Positions 7,871 through 14,702 of a stretch of 38,324 nucleotides of DNA are shown here, piece after piece; position 1 is the stretch's first letter, and every line of letters begins with the position of its first letter. The translations under genes and the position numbers were made by a program. Source of the DNA: a virus; the IMG/VR virus record IMGVR_UViG_3300047496_000311. One strand, 5' to 3'. Below the pieces are notes generated by a model that was not told the origin of the DNA, did no database searches, and saw nothing but the letters and a program-made list of their open reading frames with translations.

Positions 7871-8824
7871 ATGAAAAAGGTATTTCTATGGATGACGCTT
7901 GCGTGTGCATCGTCATCTCTTTTTTCTGGTATCGATTCGGAAACATTAGTTGAAACATCTCAAGGCCGTATTAAGATGGGTGCTCTTAAGATCGGTTCTG
8001 AGTTGATGTGTCATTCAAATCCCAACACACGCACATGGGATACGGTTAAATCCATAGAGGGCCACGAAGTAGATAAGTATCTACAAGTTTGTCTTGCTGG
8101 TGGTAATAAACTTGATACCCTTCCCGATGAACGCGTATGGGTTTCTAGTATTAATTCCCATGATCCCGAGACAGGTGAAATCACTCAAAAACCATTTGGT
8201 AAATGGGTTAAGGTATCAGGTTTACGTCCTGGTTATGTTGTCATGGCCAAGAATAAAAAGAAGACGCAGAACGCATTTTTAAACTGTTTCTTTAATGAGA
8301 ACGTAAACTTGGATAGCAATGAGATTGTGAATGTTCGTAAAAAATATGGTCGTAAGATATTCAACTATATCGTCTTAAATAATATTCATAATTACGTTGC
8401 AGGCCAAGAGGGAATTGTTACTCATAATGGACCGTTTTTGGGTATATGCGGCTACTGGATCACTAAGGGTCTCTGTTATACTGGCGTGGTTGGTGGTGTT
8501 GCTGTTGGTGTTACTGCAGGAACTATGGCCGCTGGACCAGGCTTGGTTGGATTCGTTGCTGGAGGCACAGCCGGTGGAGCGGGTGCCGTAGGAGGCGCCA
8601 TTGCAGGAGGAAGTGCCGCTACTACTATAGTTTCTGGTATAGTCGGAGGAGGAATTGCCGTCCAAGGAACAGCCGGGGCAATTGCTGTGGGAGCTACTAC
8701 GGGAGCGGCTACAAGCGCAGGATTAACTGCAGGTGCAACGGCTACCGCTGTTGCTGTGGCTACGCAGATTGAGGTAATATCTATCTCAGTTATGAACTTC
8801 TTAAACCTCATTCCTTGGTGGTAA
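7871..8824 (+). CDS. secreted Hint (Hedgehog/intein-like) domain protein with C-terminal glycine-zipper hydrophobic module
   Basis: Signal MKKVFLWMTLACASSSLFSG. Intein block A-like DSETLVETSQGRIKMGALKIGSELM and block B-like LDTLPDERVWV. Blocks F/G IFNYIVLNNIHNYVAGQEGIVTHN end at N186. Then 131 aa rich in G/A/V/T (GVVGGVAVGVTAGTMAAGPGLVGFVAGGTAGGAGAVGG...), ending NLIPWW. Confidence 0.8.
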   Translation: MKKVFLWMTLACASSSLFSGIDSETLVETSQGRIKMGALKIGSELMCHSNPNTRTWDTVKSIEGHEVDKYLQVCLAGGNKLDTLPDERVWVSSINSHDPETGEITQKPFGKWVKVSGLRPGYVVMAKNKKKTQNAFLNCFFNENVNLDSNEIVNVRKKYGRKIFNYIVLNNIHNYVAGQEGIVTHNGPFLGICGYWITKGLCYTGVVGGVAVGVTAGTMAAGPGLVGFVAGGTAGGAGAVGGAIAGGSAATTIVSGIVGGGIAVQGTAGAIAVGATTGAATSAGLTAGATATAVAVATQIEVISISVMNFLNLIPWW

Positions 8825-8825
8825 T

Positions 8826-9017
8826 ATGAAAAAAGAGTTGTATGACGTGTATAAGGAAATAAACGAAATTAAGATTTGTTTGATTATACTTCCATTCGTA
8901 TTTATGTTATTTTACGGCTTAGGGCTTTCACTTTGGAAGGCTGTACCTATAATCTTTAGTGGTATCATGGTAGCGCTATGGAGAGTACAAGAGAAATTGG
9001 ATAAACTTAAGTCGTAA
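8826..9017 (+). CDS. small 2-TM membrane protein (candidate immunity or partner of the Hint protein)
   Basis: 63 aa. Starts 1 nt after the upstream stop. Two hydrophobic spans, ICLIILPFVFMLFYGLGLSLW and AVPIIFSGIMVALW. Confidence 0.6.
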   Translation: MKKELYDVYKEINEIKICLIILPFVFMLFYGLGLSLWKAVPIIFSGIMVALWRVQEKLDKLKS

Positions 9018-9040
9018 TCATAGACCTTTTTTTAATATGG

Positions 9041-9101
9041 TCCCTGGTGTAAAAGCCGGGGATTTTTTATCATTCTTGGTGTAAAAGCTGGGGATTTTTT
9101 T
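9041..9101 (+). terminator. tandem rho-independent terminators; the second is a degenerate copy
   Basis: tccctgg-tgtaaaag-ccgggga-tttttt (9041..9068), then tcttgg-tgtaaaag-ctgggga-ttttttt (9074..9101). Confidence 0.6.
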
Positions 9102-9155
9102 ATATCTTTTTTTCTGTCGTCTATATTATACTAAGTCAAAAAACGAGGTGTAGTA

Positions 9156-9371
9156 ATGAGGCGACCAGTACCCGGTAAAGCAACTGTTCATATTTATATT
9201 TCTCCAGAAATCCTAGAAAAAACTAAAAGATGGGTGTATTGGAACCCCGGCGCAACTGGTTCTGCATTGATCCAGGAGCTATTGGAGAATCATATTAAAT
9301 CGTATGAAAAAAAACATGGTGAACTTGAAGAGCCGGATGATATTACCTATAAAAGGATTCAGATAAGATAA
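9156..9371 (+). CDS. possible ribbon-helix-helix DNA-binding protein
   Basis: 71 aa. ATVHIYISPEILEKTKRWV...GSALIQELLENHIKSY has a strand-helix-helix pattern. Confidence 0.4.
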   Translation: MRRPVPGKATVHIYISPEILEKTKRWVYWNPGATGSALIQELLENHIKSYEKKHGELEEPDDITYKRIQIR

Positions 9372-9447
9372 TCTTGCCATTTACCTGGTTCTCTTTCTAT
9401 AGTAACTGAAAAGTAAATTTATCAGCGCGCTTAGATGGGAGAAATAT

Positions 9448-11469
9448 ATGTTGTTTCCGGAACTTGGCCCTCAGTATTATGATGATAAACATAAGGCCAT
9501 TTTATCCCGCATGGAAGCGTTCTACGCAGAATCAATCACCATTAATCAGTCTTTTTGGGGGGAAGCAGACACCGATCTTCGCTTTGAGACGGGCGATCAA
9601 ACCGTCTGGACAGATTTATACGGTAATTTACCCGCAAATCGTCGACGCCAATTCAGCTTTAACCGTATCCGCCCTATTGTTAATATGGTTTCTGGTTATC
9701 AAAAACGTAATCGTAAATCAACGATTGTGGTTCCCGTGGAGAACGCAGACGCACAAACAGCGGACGAATTCACTAAAGTGTTAATGTGGATTAACAATCA
9801 AGAAAACGTGTTGGAAACTATTTCTGATGCTTTCCATGGCGCATTAGTCACTGGGATGAATTTGCTTCAGGTATGGGTTGATTACCGTTCCGATCCAATA
9901 TCGGGTAACATTAAGGTCGATCGATGCGCCTATAATAGCTTTCTTATAGATCCCTATTTCCGTAAGGCTGACCTCAGTGATTGTAATGGTATTTGGAAGC
10001 GCACTTTCTTAACCAAACGCGAATGTATCTCTCTGATGCCAGATAAAGCAGATGAGATAATTGGACTAATTGGCAATGATTCAGGTACTGGAAGGGATGG
10101 AAAATTTCAGTTTGCACCGGAATCGTATCACTATGGACACAAAAATTTATTAACGTACGACGAGTATTATTACCGAGACTTCAGACTTCAAAAGTTATTA
10201 GTGGACACCGAAACGGGTGAGACACAAGAATGGAAGATGCAGAATAATGAAGACGCCCTTAAGGCCTTTCTGAAGCAATATCCACAAATATCGGTCGTCG
10301 AGCAAGAAGTTCCAACTACCAATCTAGCTATCGTGATCCAGGGAAAAGTTATGTATCACGGCCCTAACCCCTTGGGCATTGATCAGTATCCCTTCATTCC
10401 GGTGTGGGCTTTTTATAATCCTGAGATGCCTTACTTCCCACAGCGGATCCAGGGGATAGTCCGAAATTTAAGGGATGCCCAATACTTGTATAATCGCCGT
10501 AAGATTATCGAATTAGATATCTTGGAGTCACAGGTAAACTCTGGGTTCAAATATAAAGAGAATGCGCTTATTAATCCCAATGATATATTCCTCTCTGGTC
10601 AGGGTCGCGGCATTGCTATTAAGGAAGAAGCCCAAATGACTGACGTTGAACAGATTATCGCTCCATCTATTCCACCATCAATGATTCAATTGTCTGAGAT
10701 ATTGGCGAAAGAAATTCAGCAAATATCGGGCGTAAACGAGGAATTACTCGGGAGCGCGATGGATGACAAAGCAGGTATCCTGAGTATGCTCCGTCAAGGT
10801 GCAGGTTTAACGACCCTACAAGGCCTATTTGATAACTTAGATAGGGCACAAAAACTTCTGGGTAAACTTATGATAGATTTAATACAAACGACGTTCACGC
10901 CAGGCAAAGTTATGAAGATTCTGGAAGCAGAACCATCTCCCCAATTTTACAATAAGGCATTTGGTAAATATGATGCCGTGGTTGAAGATGGTTTGAATAC
11001 CGGTACCCAAAAACAGATGCAGTTTGCTCAACTATTACAACTGCGTGAAGTGGGTGTTCAAATACCTGATGAGGTTCTGTTAGATGCGGCCACCGTTCAG
11101 GAAAAGAAAAAATTAGTAGAAGCGGTCCGTGCTAACCAACAACAAATGCAGCAGATACAGCAACAACAAGCACAAGTTCAAATGGAAGTACAACAAGCCC
11201 AGATTGAATTGTCTAAAGCGAGAGCGCAAGCTGACCAGGGCCTTGGTATGGAGCGCTTATCTCGTATCCAAGAGAACCAGGCGTTGGCGGTTGAACGAAG
11301 AGCTGCTGCTGAGAAAGACCATGATCTTGCGTTATTGAACTTAGTGAAGGCGTTAAAAGAAATTGATAGTGTTGATCTGGAACACGTAGAAAAATTACTT
11401 GCTCTTGAAGGGATAGCGAGCCAGAGAACGCGGGAGAACGTCGCAGTATCCCCAGAGCAAGTTAAATAA
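9448..11469 (+). CDS. portal protein
   Basis: 673 aa. Positioned between terminase and scaffold/capsid. Long C-terminal Q-rich coiled coil (QQQMQQIQQQQAQVQMEVQQAQIELSKARAQ), as in portal barrel extensions. RBS gggaga. Confidence 0.75.
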   Translation: MLFPELGPQYYDDKHKAILSRMEAFYAESITINQSFWGEADTDLRFETGDQTVWTDLYGNLPANRRRQFSFNRIRPIVNMVSGYQKRNRKSTIVVPVENADAQTADEFTKVLMWINNQENVLETISDAFHGALVTGMNLLQVWVDYRSDPISGNIKVDRCAYNSFLIDPYFRKADLSDCNGIWKRTFLTKRECISLMPDKADEIIGLIGNDSGTGRDGKFQFAPESYHYGHKNLLTYDEYYYRDFRLQKLLVDTETGETQEWKMQNNEDALKAFLKQYPQISVVEQEVPTTNLAIVIQGKVMYHGPNPLGIDQYPFIPVWAFYNPEMPYFPQRIQGIVRNLRDAQYLYNRRKIIELDILESQVNSGFKYKENALINPNDIFLSGQGRGIAIKEEAQMTDVEQIIAPSIPPSMIQLSEILAKEIQQISGVNEELLGSAMDDKAGILSMLRQGAGLTTLQGLFDNLDRAQKLLGKLMIDLIQTTFTPGKVMKILEAEPSPQFYNKAFGKYDAVVEDGLNTGTQKQMQFAQLLQLREVGVQIPDEVLLDAATVQEKKKLVEAVRANQQQMQQIQQQQAQVQMEVQQAQIELSKARAQADQGLGMERLSRIQENQALAVERRAAAEKDHDLALLNLVKALKEIDSVDLEHVEKLLALEGIASQRTRENVAVSPEQVK

Positions 11470-11480
11470 GGAGAGTTAGT

Positions 11481-11630
11481 ATGCCATTACCATCAATCGT
11501 TAAAGCCATCGGTGGTCTATTAAATGAACAAAATATCGAACAAGTGATTGATCTTGTTGAAAAACTTGTAGTGCTTGGGGAACAATTGGAAAATTCGATC
11601 TCTCAATCCAATGCCAACCCACCACAATAA
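11481..11630 (+). CDS. small hypothetical protein (49 aa)
   Basis: Below the ORF-track size cutoff. AAGGAG 7 nt upstream of the ATG at 11481. MPLPSIVKAIGGLLNEQNIEQVIDLVEKLVVLGEQLENSISQSNANPPQ. Confidence 0.5.
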   Translation: MPLPSIVKAIGGLLNEQNIEQVIDLVEKLVVLGEQLENSISQSNANPPQ

Positions 11631-11771
11631 ATCTTATTTTGCTTAAAGCCTCGGCAAATAAGACCAGTCTTCGCCTACAGACTAGGCGCAGGTAGTTAGA
11701 GGTATTTATTAACCTTGTTTGAAAGTGTGATATTTTGTCACGGGTTCAAGCAGTTTCTACAGGAGTCTGCT

Positions 11772-12041
11772 ATGGCAGAAAAAAAACGTTATTACGAAAG
11801 CTCAGAAAAGTACGCAGGAATGGAGTCTCGTCGGAAACAGGAAATGGAAGACGGCGGCATGATCAGTGAGGATCACAGCCAAGTTGCTAATCTTCCACAA
11901 GAAGTTATGTATAAACCGTATCCAAAAAACACTCATTATATGCCAGAAGATTTGGATGATACCATACGTGGTGTTGATCGTCAGATGAATGAGCTTGATG
12001 GTGCAAAAGCGGCACGTCATAACGTTCCGAAGAAAGTTTAA
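11772..12041 (+). CDS. hypothetical protein, paralogue A (RRKQE..MI.EDH..VANL motif)
   Basis: ATG at 11772 after aggag. MAEKKRYYESSEKYAGMESRRKQEMEDGGMISEDHSQVANLPQEVMYKPYP... Confidence 0.55.
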   Translation: MAEKKRYYESSEKYAGMESRRKQEMEDGGMISEDHSQVANLPQEVMYKPYPKNTHYMPEDLDDTIRGVDRQMNELDGAKAARHNVPKKV

Positions 12042-12102
12042 CTTTGCGGGGGTCTTAACGGCCCCTTCACTGCGTGACAAAATGTCACGACCTGGAGTTA
12101 CC

Positions 12103-12336
12103 ATGATTGATAAGGAAATGTTCGCTGAAGAGGCCCTACGGGTTTCCATGGCGATGAATAATGTAGATCCGAGAAGAAAACAAGAGTTGGCTGATGCCAA
12201 TATGATCCATGAGGACCACACTGATGTTGCTAATTTATCTCGTCGTTTTATCCATAGAACCTTCGACGCCAATGAATATCCAGAACGTCTTGCAATGTAT
12301 AACCAAAGCCAGCGCCGACGCAGTAGAGGTGTATAA
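12103..12336 (+). CDS. hypothetical protein, paralogue B
   Basis: ATG at 12103 after ggag. ...DPRRKQELADANMIHEDHTDVANLSRRF... shares its core motif with 11772..12041. Confidence 0.5.
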   Translation: MIDKEMFAEEALRVSMAMNNVDPRRKQELADANMIHEDHTDVANLSRRFIHRTFDANEYPERLAMYNQSQRRRSRGV

Positions 12337-12488
12337 TGCCAGCAATGCCCCGAGTGAAAGACAAGGCGACGAAGATAGCGTACCGGATTTTAGGTAAGCC
12401 ATTAAATCTTCAGCCAAATAAAGAAGACAAAAAGCAACGCAAGGTTCGTGAACGGTTATTGTTTGAAGAAACCTGGAGAGTTCGGTGA
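12336..12488 (+). CDS. small basic hypothetical protein (50 aa)
   Basis: Below the track cutoff. TAATG overlap with the upstream stop and GTGA overlap with the downstream start. MPAMPRVKDKATKIAYRILGKPLNLQPNKEDKKQRKVRERLLFEETWRVR. Confidence 0.4.
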   Translation: MPAMPRVKDKATKIAYRILGKPLNLQPNKEDKKQRKVRERLLFEETWRVR

Positions 12489-12814
12489 AGAAAAGCAGTG
12501 AGAAAAAAGTTACCGTCGCCAAAGGCGTCAAAGTTGCTCGCGGTGTGGAAGAAAAGATGCGCGAAAAGAAAGGCAGCTCTTCGGCAGGTAAGTATAAAGA
12601 TGTGGCACCCAAGGATTTTGCTGGTGGAGCTGGGGGTGCCTCTCGATACAGCTTTCCTATTCCTGATCTTGCTCATGCACGCAACGCTTTGGCGCGAGCA
12701 CATTTCGCTCCAGATCCAGAGGGAATTAAAGCAAAGGTCTATAAGTTATATCCAGAATTAAAAAAACGGAAGGAAAAGCGTGAAAAAAAAGAAAAAGGAT
12801 CAAAAAAAGCCTAA
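12485..12814 (+). CDS. hypothetical protein with FPIPD..HARNALAR motif
   Basis: GTG start. YSFPIPDLAHARNALARAHFAPDPE is a motif I recall from small proteins in phage head modules. Lys-rich tail. Confidence 0.5.
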   Translation: MKKSSEKKVTVAKGVKVARGVEEKMREKKGSSSAGKYKDVAPKDFAGGAGGASRYSFPIPDLAHARNALARAHFAPDPEGIKAKVYKLYPELKKRKEKREKKEKGSKKA

Positions 12815-12980
12815 GAAGGCGGTCCGTCAAGATAAAGTAAAGAAAGTAATGCATGAATTTAAGGAAGATGAACTGCATAGTGGCTCAAAAGAGGGCCCAA
12901 AAGTAACCAATCCTAAGCAAGCCGTTGCGATTGCTCTTTCTGAAGCACGCAAGGCTGGCAAAAAGAAGAAAAAGAAATAG
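12780..12980 (+). CDS. small Lys-rich protein with MHEFK..L.SGS...V....QAVAIALSEARK motif
   Basis: GTG at 12780; start uncertain. The motif resembles a widespread small conserved family (DUF6496-like, from memory). Confidence 0.45.
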   Translation: MKKKKKDQKKPKKAVRQDKVKKVMHEFKEDELHSGSKEGPKVTNPKQAVAIALSEARKAGKKKKKK

Positions 12981-13001
12981 TTTTTCCTATCATTACTCTC
13001 A

Positions 13002-13028
13002 GCCCCTGGATCATACTAGGGGTTTTTG
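13002..13028 (+). terminator. weak rho-independent terminator
   Basis: gcccct (13002..13007), loop, agggg (13018..13022), ttttt. Confidence 0.35.
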
Positions 13029-13071
13029 ACTAATGAGCATCTTTTTTGATATCCTGCCTGCAGGAGTAATG

Positions 13072-13578
13072 ATGAAGAAAAAAACCGTAGGCGCACAGAT
13101 TCAACAAAATGCGCAATCACAGACCGATTCTAGCCAAATAAATGTAATGGAATTGCAGCAATCGATGCAAGAAGATTACATGAAAGAACTTTTAGACCTT
13201 ATTGATAAGGATTACCACAAGTACCCAGGTGATTTTTATGTGGTAGTTCTCACTAAAGCTGAACGACTCTTAGCTAACACTTTTCGCAACTACTTTTTAA
13301 CGCGACACAGTTGTCCTACCCCTTTTTATGATCAGACGGTATGGCGTTATAACAAGAAGATGGGTCGTGTAGAATACCTATGGACGGTTCCCGGAAAAGA
13401 GGAATGCAAGCATATATTGATGACCCACAAGGAAATTCCCACAGAGGGAAGACAATTGGTTCAATTTGTTTGGATGTTTTTTAATGGTGAGCTATTAAAG
13501 TTAGCCCAAAAATTTAATAAAGAGACGCAAGAACAAGGGATTTTATATAGAAAAAAGGAAGAGGAAATACATGTTTGA
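13072..13578 (+). CDS. hypothetical protein (head-module position)
   Basis: AGGAG precedes the ATGATG at 13069/13072. About 168 aa. No motif recognised. Confidence 0.55.
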   Translation: MKKKTVGAQIQQNAQSQTDSSQINVMELQQSMQEDYMKELLDLIDKDYHKYPGDFYVVVLTKAERLLANTFRNYFLTRHSCPTPFYDQTVWRYNKKMGRVEYLWTVPGKEECKHILMTHKEIPTEGRQLVQFVWMFFNGELLKLAQKFNKETQEQGILYRKKEEEIHV

Positions 13579-14395
13579 CGTTAAGTATGATAAGGATGGT
13601 AATGTTATATCCTCGGCTCCCGAAGTGTCTCCAGAACCGGAGAAAATAGAGCCGGAAGAGATAAAATCTGAGCCTGTTATTGAAAGCCAGGACCCAGAAG
13701 TTGTTGAAGAACCAACCCCAGAGGAAGCCCCAGAAGTTGAGACTCCCCGTGAACGTAATACACGTGCTCTGCGAGAACTTAAGGAGAAGGCAGAAAAAGA
13801 GCGTATACGTGCTGAAAAAGAACGCGATGAAGCCCTCCGTAAAATGCAGGAACTGGAATCCAGATATTCTAAGAAATCTGAGTCAGTTAATGAAGATTAT
13901 GACATCGAAATCAAAGAAGATGAGCTTGTAGAGGGGCGTCATGTTCGCAAATTAATGAAAGAGATACGCGATCTTAAGAAAGATCTGGGTGATTCCCGAA
14001 CCCAATATAAGACCCAGTCTCTTCAGGACCGTATCAATAGAGATTTCCCTGATTTTCAGCGTGTGGTCACCCCTGAGAATATTGAGCTACTGAGACACTT
14101 AAAGCCGCATCAAGCACAATTATTGGATCAGTCACAAGATCTTTATGCCACTGCAGCCTCGGCATATGACATGATAAAAGAATACGGTATCTACCAGGAC
14201 ACACAGAAGCATCAACGTGAAAAAGAAATAGTCTACAGAAATAGCACTAAGCCTAAACCAACTAATTCAATCTCTCCACAACGCGGTGAAAGCCCCCTCA
14301 CTAAAGCGCACGATTTTGCTCATGGATGGGCACCAGATAGTGATCTTGCCAAACAGTTATACAAAGAAATGATGGATATTCGTAAAGCTAACTAA
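13571..14395 (+). CDS. putative scaffolding protein
   Basis: 274 aa. Acidic PE-rich N-terminus, long charged coiled coil, immediately upstream of the capsid gene. Confidence 0.55.
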   Translation: MFDVKYDKDGNVISSAPEVSPEPEKIEPEEIKSEPVIESQDPEVVEEPTPEEAPEVETPRERNTRALRELKEKAEKERIRAEKERDEALRKMQELESRYSKKSESVNEDYDIEIKEDELVEGRHVRKLMKEIRDLKKDLGDSRTQYKTQSLQDRINRDFPDFQRVVTPENIELLRHLKPHQAQLLDQSQDLYATAASAYDMIKEYGIYQDTQKHQREKEIVYRNSTKPKPTNSISPQRGESPLTKAHDFAHGWAPDSDLAKQLYKEMMDIRKAN

Positions 14396-14410
14396 GACTC
14401 TTTTGGTCGG

Positions 14411-14449
14411 GCCGCTACTCTCTATCCTTTCTCGGGTAGCGGCTCTTTA
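14411..14449 (+). terminator. terminator-like hairpin after the scaffold gene
   Basis: gccgctac (14411..14418), 17-nt loop, gtagcggc (14436..14443), then tcttt. Confidence 0.35.
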
Positions 14450-14539
14450 AAAATATCTCCTTCTAAACTCTATACATAAACTGCAAGAGACATTAAGATG
14501 AGACATCCTGATAAGGGAGTAATCCCATCCTCTTTTTAA

Positions 14540-14579
14540 AGCACCAAAGAGCGCTAACTCTTCGGTGCTTCTCTTTATT
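14540..14579 (+). terminator. rho-independent terminator
   Basis: agcaccaaagag (14540..14551), cgctaa, ctcttcggtgct (14558..14569); 12-bp stem with 1 mismatch, then ttctctttatt. Confidence 0.55.
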
Positions 14580-14607
14580 GACTATGTTCTGGTTTTCTCG
14601 CTATTAT
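14578..14607 (+). promoter_or_regulatory. sigma70-like promoter for the capsid/late operon
   Basis: TTGACT (14578..14583), 18 nt, TATTAT (14602..14607). Confidence 0.5.
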
Positions 14608-14613
14608 TTGTCC

Positions 14614-14659
14614 GACGCATTGAGCCTCGTCACCTCGGACGCAACAAGCCTCGTCACCT
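14614..14659 (+). repeat. two 22-nt direct repeats in the capsid mRNA leader
   Basis: gacgcattgagcctcgtcacct (14614..14635) and gacgcaacaagcctcgtcacct (14638..14659), period 24 nt, 19/22 identical. Confidence 0.8.
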
Positions 14660-14702
14660 TGATCGGGTATTATAGATAAAAAACTTTATTACTGGAGAAG
14701 AT

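Noticed and set aside
7871-8428. Possibility that the Hint domain is a true intein
   Set aside because: It is not inserted in a host protein. It lacks the Cys/Ser1 nucleophile, the block B His and a +1 Cys/Ser/Thr (the +1 residue is Gly), and there is no endonuclease domain. It fits a cleavage-only bacterial intein-like or toxin-releasing Hint domain better.
8375-8811. Antisense and alternative-frame ORFs (8375..8665 -, 8476..8811 -, 8397..8591 +) with Pro/Ala/Thr-rich translations
   Set aside because: These are mirror products of the GC-rich Gly/Ala-coding tract of the Hint protein. They have no start context and lie entirely inside a better-supported gene.
11727-11741. CRP-type binding site (tGTGAtattttGTCAC)
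   Set aside because: The half-site spacing is GTGA-N7-TCAC, not the CRP GTGA-N6-TCAC geometry. The second copy is a 6-3-6 palindrome, which fits a phage-specific operator or hairpin better.
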